A DNA stretch of 64,000 nucleotides from an uncultured Clostridia bacterium (GTDB taxonomy: Bacteria > Bacillota > Clostridia > Christensenellales > UBA1242), in the NCBI GenBank assembly GCA_947630745.1, contig CANRIT010000001.1:30732-94731 (forward strand), in the 5' to 3' direction. The position numbers and the translations under genes are program-made. This document shows, piece by piece, positions 56,419 to 64,000 of this stretch (positions are counted from its first letter, which is position 1; each line of letters starts with the position of its first letter). Under the pieces are notes generated by a model that saw nothing but the letters and a program-made list of their open reading frames with translations, did not search any database and was not told the DNA's origin.

Positions 56419-56819
56419 AAAAACCTCCTTTTGTTTTTGCCAATTGCGGCTTAAAAATAGATTTGGAATTTAAAATTAAAAACCAAACAAAATATATCAA
56501 ACGATATATTATATTGATAGGCACTATAAAATAAAAATTTTATTATTTGACGGGTGGTGCATAACGCACAATAACAGAAAATCTGTTGGGAAAAAGCAAA
56601 TATGTACCCACTTACCCTTGCGGATAAAACAATACATTATAATTGTAACAAAATTTTGTTTGTTTGTCAACCTTAATTTGTTAAATTGTAAATATTTTAT
56701 TTTGCGCGCTTGATATTTACGGATTTTTGTTGCAAATTTATTAAAATTTGACATTTTTGTTAAATTAGTTGCATTTTTTTTGATTTTTTAATATAATTTG
56801 ATTGTTTAAAGGAGAATTT

Positions 56820-57071
56820 ATGATTCAGTATAGATACGACACCCAACTTTTAATTGAGGGTAAAAATTTGGATGAAGATGTCATCCACGACTATTTTATG
56901 AAAAATTTTAAAGGCGACTGCCTTATTGCCGTTGGCGACCCAGAACTTATTAAAATCCACTTCCACACAAATGAGCCATGGGATGTTTTAAAATACTGCT
57001 CCACCCTTGGCGAAATCTACGACATTGTTGTTGAAGATATGGATAGACAGTCGAGAGGGTTAAAAGGTTAA
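56820..57071 (+). CDS. stand-alone fragment-sized homologue of the YloV (DAK2-fusion) Dak1_2 domain
   Basis: 83 aa after AAAGGAGA. YRYDTQLLIEG...GDCLIAVGDPELIKIHFHTNEPWDVLKYCSTLGEIYDIVVEDMDRQ matches the GDSlvvvgd..kvHvHTn.P..vl...G.l..i.i.NM..Q core of ~550-aa YloV proteins. Confidence 0.5.
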   Translation: MIQYRYDTQLLIEGKNLDEDVIHDYFMKNFKGDCLIAVGDPELIKIHFHTNEPWDVLKYCSTLGEIYDIVVEDMDRQSRGLKG

Positions 57072-57248
57072 CAATCGCTTGTTAGTTAAATTAGTTACGG
57101 GTGGGCTGCAATGGGTTGTGGGTTCACCTAAGTGCTTCGCAAAGTCGTTCACCCGCAATCCATTGCATCCCAAAAGCTAACATACTTTAATCAAAGGCCG
57201 CTCTAGGGTCTAGGGCAAGGCAAGCGGGTTATAAAAGGATAAATTAAA
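57072..57248 (-). repeat. second locus of the modular structured repeat (terminal module with alpha arms plus a partial upstream unit), inverted relative to the 39-kb array
   Basis: The reverse complement contains GAGCGGCCTTTGATTAAAGTATGTTAGCTTTTGGGATGCAATGGATTGCGGGTGAACGACTTTGC...ACCCACAACCCATTGCAGCCCACCCGTAACTAATTTAACTAACAAGCGA. It starts 1 nt after the TAA stop at 57069-57071. Confidence 0.85.
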
Positions 57249-57336
57249 AAATTTACTAATATTAAACAACTTTCTGGTTTGGAAGTTGTTTTTGTTGGTA
57301 AAATTTTGTAATAGTTCTTATCTTTAGGAGGTTGTA

Positions 57337-57765
57337 ATGGGTAAAAATCTCAAAACTAATTGGATGTATAAAAATATAAACACTTTTGTTATGTTTTGTC
57401 TTAGTATATTTGTGCTTTTAATGATTAGTGTAACAATGCTGTTTTTTAGAGAAATTTATCTAGTTGGTATTGTTTTGATAATAGTAGAGATTATTTTATT
57501 TTTTATCGTCATGCTATTTGTTGAAAACATTTCTATATTATATAAAATAGAATATAACGAAGAGGGTTTTTCTATTACTAAATTTTCAAAAGTTAAAAAA
57601 ACTATAAAGTGGGGGGATATAGTTTCAGTAAGTTTGATTGATAAATTTAAAATGGGGAAATTTATCCAGGTTATGACACATAGTGATAAAATATTAATTG
57701 AGTATAGACAAAAAATAAAAATATTATTTGATAGTTATCGTCCCGATTTGGAAATAAAAAAATAA
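57337..57765 (+). CDS. hypothetical membrane protein (2-3 TM helices plus a small soluble domain)
   Basis: 142 aa with a GGAGG RBS. Very AT-rich codons. Confidence 0.65.
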   Translation: MGKNLKTNWMYKNINTFVMFCLSIFVLLMISVTMLFFREIYLVGIVLIIVEIILFFIVMLFVENISILYKIEYNEEGFSITKFSKVKKTIKWGDIVSVSLIDKFKMGKFIQVMTHSDKILIEYRQKIKILFDSYRPDLEIKK

Positions 57766-57944
57766 GAATAATTAGAGAGGATTTTAACATCCACTTATAA
57801 CTGAAAGTATTTACGATATTATTGCAAATTGGGTTAGTAAAAAGAAATTTAACCTTCGATTTTCATAAATATAAAGGATGTAATAATGAATAATCGCATC
57901 TTAAAAAACGTTTGGTTACCATTAACTATTATTAAGGAGTCGAA

Positions 57945-58133
57945 ATGTTTATATTAAACTTTTTATGGTATTGTATTAAATGTTTATTTGTGAGTACTTT
58001 AGCATTAACAGGAAACTTGCCGAAGGACTTTACATGGAAAGATGGTTTGACTGCTTTTGTTACTTTTTTAGTTATTGTTTTGATTATTACAATTATAATC
58101 ATTTTGATAAAGAAAAAGACTTCTAAACGATAG
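57945..58133 (+). CDS. hypothetical small membrane protein
   Basis: 62 aa with an AAGGAG RBS and two hydrophobic helices. Confidence 0.5.
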   Translation: MFILNFLWYCIKCLFVSTLALTGNLPKDFTWKDGLTAFVTFLVIVLIITIIIILIKKKTSKR

Positions 58134-58159
58134 TTGTTTTTTTGGGTAAAAGGTGATTT

Positions 58160-58543
58160 ATGAAACATATTGCAATATTACGGCAACCATTTTATGATAT
58201 GGTTTTAAGTGGAGAAAAGACAATTGAAAGCCGATGGTCTATGCACAAAGTTGCGCCTTACAACAAGGTTAGCAAGGGCGATACTATCCTGATTAAAGAA
58301 ACTGGAAAAGATGTTACTGCAACAGCAAAGGTGCAAGAAGTTAGATATTATGAACTCACTCCCAAAAAGGTTGAAGAGATAAGGCAAGAATATGGTCGGC
58401 AAATAGGAACGGATAAATTTGAAGATTGGGAAACTACCCTACAAAAGAAATTTTGCACTTTAATTTGGCTTGAAGATGTGCAAAAAGTTGAACCAATAAA
58501 AGTGCCAAGAAGTAATGGTGAGGGCTGGATATGCTTAAAATAA
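58160..58543 (+). CDS. ASCH (PUA-like) domain protein
   Basis: 127 aa. MKHIAILRQPFYDMVLSGEKTIESRW is a typical ASCH N-terminus. AAAGGTGA RBS. Confidence 0.7.
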   Translation: MKHIAILRQPFYDMVLSGEKTIESRWSMHKVAPYNKVSKGDTILIKETGKDVTATAKVQEVRYYELTPKKVEEIRQEYGRQIGTDKFEDWETTLQKKFCTLIWLEDVQKVEPIKVPRSNGEGWICLK

Positions 58544-58606
58544 AATATGATAAGAATTATAAAGCCATATTAAATTAATTAAATGAAAATAAAGGATATA
58601 AAAAAA

Positions 58607-58629
58607 ATAGGCTGATGCCTATTTTTTTG
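58607..58629. terminator. bidirectional intrinsic terminator
   Basis: ATAGGC-TGAT-GCCTAT flanked by AAAAAAA and TTTTTTT. Confidence 0.65.
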
Positions 58630-58634
58630 CTTAA

Positions 58635-59165
58635 CTAAGCTTTTTTGCTTTTTAAGAATGTTGGTACAACTGCCAATGCAGATGCAATGATTGGGCACAA
58701 GAACATGAATACAGCGCCAACATGTGGTCCAAATGAAGTATTTGGCATGTCTCCGTAGATTTTGTCTGTACCAACTGATAACAAGATAATAAACAGTAAT
58801 GCGCAAATTACAGTTAAGCCAGCAACTGCCCAAAGAGCATAAGTCAAGAACTTATGGTTCCAGAACAATTGAACAATGGCGATAACAGCAACAATTGCAA
58901 CTAATACTAAGGTGATGATTGCAAAAATACGAGCTGCTTGATATTGAGCAAGACCAGGTACTTTTTGTCCAACTACATCAGCTGCTTCTTGGGCTTTTTC
59001 CATGTTTTTGATGCTGTCGCAGAATTCGCTGAAATTTTTGGTAGCATGCATTTCGCCGCCCATTTTAACAAAGGCAAATTTGAATGCCATACCAATGAAA
59101 GCGAAAACAGCAACAATAGCAGAAGCAATTCTTAGTATTAAATTTGTAAGACCTTGTTTTTTCAT
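58635..59165 (-). CDS. hypothetical membrane protein (4 TM helices)
   Basis: 176 aa with an AAGGAGG RBS. Confidence 0.7.
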   Translation of the reverse strand: MKKQGLTNLILRIASAIVAVFAFIGMAFKFAFVKMGGEMHATKNFSEFCDSIKNMEKAQEAADVVGQKVPGLAQYQAARIFAIITLVLVAIVAVIAIVQLFWNHKFLTYALWAVAGLTVICALLFIILLSVGTDKIYGDMPNTSFGPHVGAVFMFLCPIIASALAVVPTFLKSKKA

Positions 59166-59807
59166 TTTTCCTCCTTTTAATATGATATTATAAGTTTAAG
59201 AAAATTAGAATTTTATGTCAAATATAATTTTTAAATTTTTTATTTTTTTAAAAAATTTTGTCAAAACATGAACAAATAATAGACAGGTGTTGATTATTTT
59301 ACTTTTTAATATTCCAAATCTAAATTATGAACTATCAAAACCGCCCCTAACCTAACCAAATCAGATATCTATTTTCACTATTTATCTTTCGTAAGGAAAG
59401 AAATTTTAAAACCGCATTTATGCGATCAACTTCAAACAATAACATTTATAAATAACAATTTATACATTATGATTAGTTTTAATTTTAAACATTCCATTTA
59501 ACTGGCCTATATATATAAATATTTACTTAAATATTATATATAACTATATAGGTAAGGTTTTAATTTTATAAACAAAAAACCTGTGTTTATGTAAAAGGGC
59601 GTAATCTTTAAAATTCTTCCACAATTTCAATTTGTTTCTGTATTTAACATTTGTTAATAAGATAGTTTAAATTAATTTATAACTAGATGTAACTACTCGT
59701 CAGATTTTAATAACCTATAAAAACTCTAATTTTTTATCGCGCTTTTGGGGTTGTTTGGTTGATTAAAAATTTAAAATTTGATATTATGGTCGTGTTAGGG
59801 GTAAATT

Positions 59808-60503
59808 ATGAAAAAATTGGTGTGGGAATTAACCTTAAATTCGTTTGTTGTGGTTATGGTGTTGGTTAGTTTAATTGCACAGTATATTGGCGGATTTTAC
59901 AGCCAACTTTGGTATTTCACGCTGCAAACAAACATTATGGTTATGATTGTTTCAATTGTAATTATTGTTGTGGACGCAATGGGAATTAAGGGCAGAACGG
60001 CAAAATTTGCAAGTTCGCGCTGGTTTAACATGATTAGGCTGATGACCACATTTTTTATAACCATAACTGGCGTGGTGTATTGCTTTGTGCTTGCGCCTAT
60101 GTCGATTGTGGTTAGGCACATAAGCGCGGGGTTAGTGTTTAATTTTACAAATGTGTTTTTGCATATTTGTGTGCCAATAATTTCAATTGTGTGCTTTGTG
60201 TTGTTTGCTCATCACGGGCTAGTTAATTATTTGGATGCTTTTTACTTTTTGATTTATCCGCTTTTTTATCTGCTTATTATAAACATGCGCGTGTGGTTTG
60301 GTGGCGGAAACAATCTGCTTAACAATGACAAATATCCATATTTCTTTATTGACCCAACCTACAACAATCAAGGCTGGGGAATAGTTTGGGTTTATGTTGC
60401 AGTGCTTATACTTCTGTTTTACTTGCTTGCCGACCTATACATATTTATAGATAGACGCTTAGCAAAGCGCAAAAACAAACAAAAATTGAAAGGCCAAATT
60501 TAA
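59808..60503 (+). CDS. polytopic membrane protein (possibly Pr6Pr family)
   Basis: 231 aa, ~6 TM helices. The WYFTLQTNIMV motif resembles Pr6Pr proteins. Low certainty on the family. Confidence 0.5.
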   Translation: MKKLVWELTLNSFVVVMVLVSLIAQYIGGFYSQLWYFTLQTNIMVMIVSIVIIVVDAMGIKGRTAKFASSRWFNMIRLMTTFFITITGVVYCFVLAPMSIVVRHISAGLVFNFTNVFLHICVPIISIVCFVLFAHHGLVNYLDAFYFLIYPLFYLLIINMRVWFGGGNNLLNNDKYPYFFIDPTYNNQGWGIVWVYVAVLILLFYLLADLYIFIDRRLAKRKNKQKLKGQI

Positions 60504-60700
60504 AAATTTTAAATATAAATCCTAAAAATATCAAAAAAAATAACAAAACAATGTATTTATAAAGGCAGTATAAAATATTTATAAATTAAATTATTAATAA
60601 CTTAATTTAATAAACTATACAGAAAATAAATTATAAAAATCAAAAATATATAATTTAAATCAAAAAGCAAAAAACATTTAAAAATTAAAAATAAAAAAAG

Positions 60701-60721
60701 CGAGAGCAATCTCGTTTTTTT
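60701..60721. terminator. bidirectional intrinsic terminator
   Basis: CGAGA-GCAA-TCTCG flanked by AAAAAAA and TTTTTTT. It abuts the Rrf2 stop codon. Confidence 0.55.
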
Positions 60722-61112
60722 ACTTTATTAAGTCGTCAAGCGTGATTGTATTTAAATAATTGTTAATTAGGTTAGATAGTTTAAACCACACTTTCATGGT
60801 ATCGCACTTGTCTTGATGAGCACACTTGTCCCCGGTTGTACAAGTGGCAATTTTTGTGCCTTCACCCACCGCCTCCAAAATTTCCAAAACTGAATATTTG
60901 TTGGCTGGGCGGCTTAGTTTATATCCCCCACTTGCCCCGCGCATGGAAACAACCAACTGCTTTTTTGCAAGCATGCCCATAATCTTTTCTAGATACTTAA
61001 TTGTTATGCCTTGGCGGGTGGCTATTTCGTTAGTTGAAACATATTCCGCGTTGTTGCGCGCCAAATCGGTCATAATTCTAACCGCGTGCCTACCTTTTGT
61101 TGAAATTTGCAT
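60720..61112 (-). CDS. Rrf2-family transcriptional regulator (Cys-cluster type)
   Basis: 130 aa. MQISTKGRHAVRIMTDLA ... wHTH ... C..GDKC....KC cluster. Confidence 0.9.
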   Translation of the reverse strand: MQISTKGRHAVRIMTDLARNNAEYVSTNEIATRQGITIKYLEKIMGMLAKKQLVVSMRGASGGYKLSRPANKYSVLEILEAVGEGTKIATCTTGDKCAHQDKCDTMKVWFKLSNLINNYLNTITLDDLIK

Positions 61113-61214
61113 ACAAACCTCTAATTATATTTTATCACAAATTTAAATTTTTTGCAAATTTTTAATTATTGAATAATTTTGTGCTTGTTTTGGAAACATT
61201 TTTGTGGGGAAAAT

Positions 61215-62738
61215 ATGTCAAATTTAAAAGAATACAACAAAAAGCGCGATTTTAGCAAGACAAGCGAGCCAAAAGGGAGTAAAGGACAAAAAACCAAAAC
61301 ATCCAAAACAAACACAGGCGAAGGTGGAGTTTTTGTTGTTCAATATCACTCAGCAAGCAGAGTGCATTTTGATTTAAGGTTGGAAATGGATGGGGTGCTT
61401 GCTAGTTGGGCTGTGCCTAAGGGGTTAAGTTATTTTGCACAAGATAAACGCTTGGCTGTGCGGGTGGAAGACCATCCAAAAGAGTATGCAAATTTTGAAG
61501 GGGTTATACCAAAAGGCGAATATGGCGCGGGCGAAGTGCTGATATGGGATACTGGGGTATGGCATCCAGCAAAGGAAAATAAGGGTTTAAATTCGGGTGT
61601 GTTAAAATTTACATTAAAGGGAAAGCGGCTTAAAGGGGATTGGGCGCTTATTAACATTTCTAAAACCAAAGATGAAAACAATTGGATTATAATTAAAGAG
61701 CATGATAAATATTTGAACAGCGATGATTTAACTAAATATAAAACAAGCATTAAAACAGGCAAAACTTTTTTGGATTTAAAAAAGGAAAATAAACCAAAGC
61801 GTAATCCTTTTAAATGTATTAAACCTATGCTTGCAAAACTTGTGGAAAAAATACCAAATGGAAACAATTATTTATACGAAATTAAATATGACGGGTATAG
61901 GATTTTAGCCTACACAGAAGCAAACAACACCACTCTTTATACTCGCAATGGTGTGGATTTTACCGCTAAATTTGCTGGTATTGCTAGCGTTTTAAGCGAG
62001 TTTGCGGGCAATAACTCGTTTGTTTTGGATGGCGAAATGGTGGTGTTTGATAAAAATGGAAAAACAGATTTTCAAACCTTGCAAAACAGCATAAGAAAAA
62101 AGCAAACAAATATGGTAAGTTATGTGGTTTTTGACTTGCTTGCCTTAAACGGAAAAGATATGCGAGCGCTTCCTATTATTGAGCGAAAAGCAGAACTTGA
62201 AAAGTTGTTAAAAAATGCCCCGGCGGGTATAGTGTATAGTAGCCATACAATTGGTAAAGGTAAACAGTGTTTTAACTTAGCAAAGCGTATGGGGTTGGAG
62301 GGTATTATTGGTAAAGAAAAGAATTCCAAATATCTATCTACCCGTAGCGGCGATTGGATAAAAATAAAGTGCTATAAGCGGCAAGAATTTGTTATTGCTG
62401 GCTACACAAAAAGCGATAAAACAGCGGGCGGAATTGGTGCAATTTTGCTTGGATATTATTTTAATAAATACCTTATATATTGTGGCAGAGCAGGCACTGG
62501 ATTTGATGCAGAAGAGAGCAAAATTTTAAAGTCTAAATTTAGCAAACTTAAAACAACAAAATGCCCGTTTAAAAATCCACCAAAAACCAAAGACGATGTG
62601 GTTTGGTTAAGCCCTAAACTTGTGGCAGAAATTCAGTTTGCTGAGTTTACAAATGAAAAACAACTTAGACAAGCTAGTTACAAGGGTTTGCGTGTTGATA
62701 AAAACCCACAAGATGTGGTTAATGAATATTTAAATTAA
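61215..62738 (+). CDS. ligD: LigD 3'-phosphoesterase + ATP-dependent DNA ligase domains
   Basis: ORF trimmed to the ATG after GGGGA. PE domain (FVVQYHSASRVHFDLRLE..GVLASWAVPKG). Ligase motif I EIKYDGYR. Confidence 0.9.
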   Translation: MSNLKEYNKKRDFSKTSEPKGSKGQKTKTSKTNTGEGGVFVVQYHSASRVHFDLRLEMDGVLASWAVPKGLSYFAQDKRLAVRVEDHPKEYANFEGVIPKGEYGAGEVLIWDTGVWHPAKENKGLNSGVLKFTLKGKRLKGDWALINISKTKDENNWIIIKEHDKYLNSDDLTKYKTSIKTGKTFLDLKKENKPKRNPFKCIKPMLAKLVEKIPNGNNYLYEIKYDGYRILAYTEANNTTLYTRNGVDFTAKFAGIASVLSEFAGNNSFVLDGEMVVFDKNGKTDFQTLQNSIRKKQTNMVSYVVFDLLALNGKDMRALPIIERKAELEKLLKNAPAGIVYSSHTIGKGKQCFNLAKRMGLEGIIGKEKNSKYLSTRSGDWIKIKCYKRQEFVIAGYTKSDKTAGGIGAILLGYYFNKYLIYCGRAGTGFDAEESKILKSKFSKLKTTKCPFKNPPKTKDDVVWLSPKLVAEIQFAEFTNEKQLRQASYKGLRVDKNPQDVVNEYLN

Positions 62739-62747
62739 TGGAAAAGT

Positions 62748-63626
62748 ATGAAAAATAATAAAACAAAAAATGTTAATAATTCGCCTTTAGTTGTTGATAA
62801 AATTAAAATCACACACCCCAACAAAATTGTTTTTGCCGACTGTAACGTAAGCAAAATTCAGCTGATTAAATACTATAAAACCGTGCAAAAACGCATGTTT
62901 AAATTTGTAAATAATCGCTTTTTAAGCGCGGTTAGATGCCATAACGGGCTTAGTTGTTTTTACAAAAAACACCCTACCACAAACTGTGTTGGAGTAAAGT
63001 CAAAACGCGTTGCGGGCAAAACTAATATGGACGAATATTTTTACATTTCTTCGCCCGCGGGCATAATTGCACAAGCGCAGTTAGGTACGGTGGAGTTTCA
63101 CTGTTGGGCAAGTAAAGTTGATAGTCTATCTAAACCCGACATTATGGTTTTTGACCTTGACCCAGACGAAAATGTTTCACTTGAACAATTGCGCGTTGGA
63201 GTTATGGATGTTAAAAAATTGCTGGATAGTTTACACCTAAAATCCTTTTTAAAAACAAGTGGGGGTAAGGGGTATCATATTGTGGTGCCGTTTTTAGAAA
63301 GTGTAAGCTGGCAAAAGTTCACTGATTTTGCAAAAAATGTGGCAATTACGCTAGAACAAAAATACCCCGACCGGTATACTAGCAACATACGCAAGTCAAA
63401 TAGAAAAAACAAAATTTTTATTGACTGGGAACGCAACACACGCGCCCAAACAAGTGTTGCTCCATATTCGTTGCGTGCGCGACCGGGTGCAAAAATAAGC
63501 ATGCCAATTTTTTGGCGCGATTTAAACAAATTTTCACCCAATTATTTTGATATTTTTAATGCGGCAGATTATATAAAAAAGAATCCGTGGGCAAACTTTT
63601 TTAAGGTTAAACAAAAACTAAAATAA
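62748..63626 (+). CDS. ligD: LigD primase-polymerase domain protein
   Basis: 292 aa. THPNKIVF ... MVFDLDP ... KTSGGKGYHIVVP (AEP primase motifs). Confidence 0.88.
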   Translation: MKNNKTKNVNNSPLVVDKIKITHPNKIVFADCNVSKIQLIKYYKTVQKRMFKFVNNRFLSAVRCHNGLSCFYKKHPTTNCVGVKSKRVAGKTNMDEYFYISSPAGIIAQAQLGTVEFHCWASKVDSLSKPDIMVFDLDPDENVSLEQLRVGVMDVKKLLDSLHLKSFLKTSGGKGYHIVVPFLESVSWQKFTDFAKNVAITLEQKYPDRYTSNIRKSNRKNKIFIDWERNTRAQTSVAPYSLRARPGAKISMPIFWRDLNKFSPNYFDIFNAADYIKKNPWANFFKVKQKLK

Positions 63627-63639
63627 AAAAGCACTATTT

Positions 63640-64000
63640 CTAGTACTTTAATAGACGCGATTTTATATCATTAACTAGTGTTTTTGTGTGCGGATTTGTT
63701 TTAAGTTGTTTGCTGATTTTATCGCGCGCGTGCATAATTGTTGTATGGTCTCGCCCGCCAAACATGTCACCAATTGCGGTAAGTGGCATGGATAACATAT
63801 CATTTATAAGGTAAATGCAAAGTTGGCGTGGCTCAACCACCTCTTTATTTTTCTTTTTTCCAACAATATCTTCGCGTGAAATTTTAAAGAAATCACACAC
63901 AGTCGACATAATTTTGTCCGCATTAAGGCTGGTTTTTTCTGGCTCGCCATAATCTTTAAGTGCTTCGTGTGCATCATCCATGGTGGCGTGTGTTTTTCCA
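63640..64000 (-). CDS. dnaA: chromosomal replication initiator DnaA, C-terminal part (gene continues beyond the right edge)
   Basis: Domain IV signature: SREDIVGKKKNKEVVEPRQLCIYLINDMLSMPLTAIGDMFGGRDHTTIMHARDKI. Confidence 0.92.
   Translation of the reverse strand, partial: GKTHATMDDAHEALKDYGEPEKTSLNADKIMSTVCDFFKISREDIVGKKKNKEVVEPRQLCIYLINDMLSMPLTAIGDMFGGRDHTTIMHARDKISKQLKTNPHTKTLVNDIKSRLLKY

Noticed and set aside
56419-56819. oriC in the rpmH upstream spacer, its usual place in Firmicutes.
   Set aside because: Only one 8/9 DnaA-box match was found by eye (TGCGGATAA, 56619-56627). There is no box cluster or obvious AT-rich unwinding repeat set distinct from other spacers, and dnaA is 7 kb away on the same strand.
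57886-57957. 23-codon micro-ORF (MNNRILKNVWLPLTIIKESKCLY) with an AAGGA RBS upstream of the 57945 gene.
   Set aside because: It is too short to support from sequence alone and overlaps the RBS and start of the next gene. It may be a leader peptide, but there is no evidence.

Overview
Low-GC chromosomal segment with strong minus-strand gene bias, from an endospore-forming Firmicute (Clostridia-like). It ends inside the 3' part of dnaA. All calls come from reading the sequence and ORF translations by eye; no searches or statistics were run.

Backbone genes:
- rpmH-rnpA-yidD-yidC-jag, lysS-gpsA, spo0A, veg, hisS, an [FeFe]-hydrogenase, tsaD, a P-type ATPase and a split LigD (PE-ligase plus polymerase).
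- A dense sporulation/germination set: spoIIE, a gerA-type A-B-C operon, spoIIR, sleB, ypeB, an Amidase_3 protein and a SpoVID-like DUF3794/LysM protein.
- pheS/pheT sit in a five-gene operon behind a consensus promoter and a Phe T-box leader. The operon also carries a GNAT and two paralogous Nudix genes.
- tRNA-Ser(GGA) and tRNA-Arg(CCG), each with a consensus sigma-A promoter.
- The left 2.2 kb looks like the end of an integrated element abutting tRNA-Ser: integrase N-terminus, XRE repressor, small ORFs and an iteron/DnaA-box block.

Most unusual observations:
1. A modular, structured ~100-nt repeat family. Five tandem units fill the sleB-ypeB gap (39106-39649) and one inverted copy lies at 57072-57248. 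Arm sequences swap between copies while a 22-bp stem is kept, and both terminal modules start right after a TAA stop codon.
2. A conserved all-A/T hairpin motif found four times just 3' of genes.
3. A 2,763-aa membrane-anchored surface protein.
4. A divergent DAC (diadenylate-cyclase)-like protein.
5. A tRNA-Arg 3'-end duplication enclosing T-arm-derived palindromes.
6. A zinc-ribbon protein with a ~110-aa poly-Asp/Glu tail.
7. dnaA co-oriented with rpmH, 7 kb upstream of it, and not followed by dnaN.

No CRISPR array, cas gene, rRNA or recognisable defence gene was seen.
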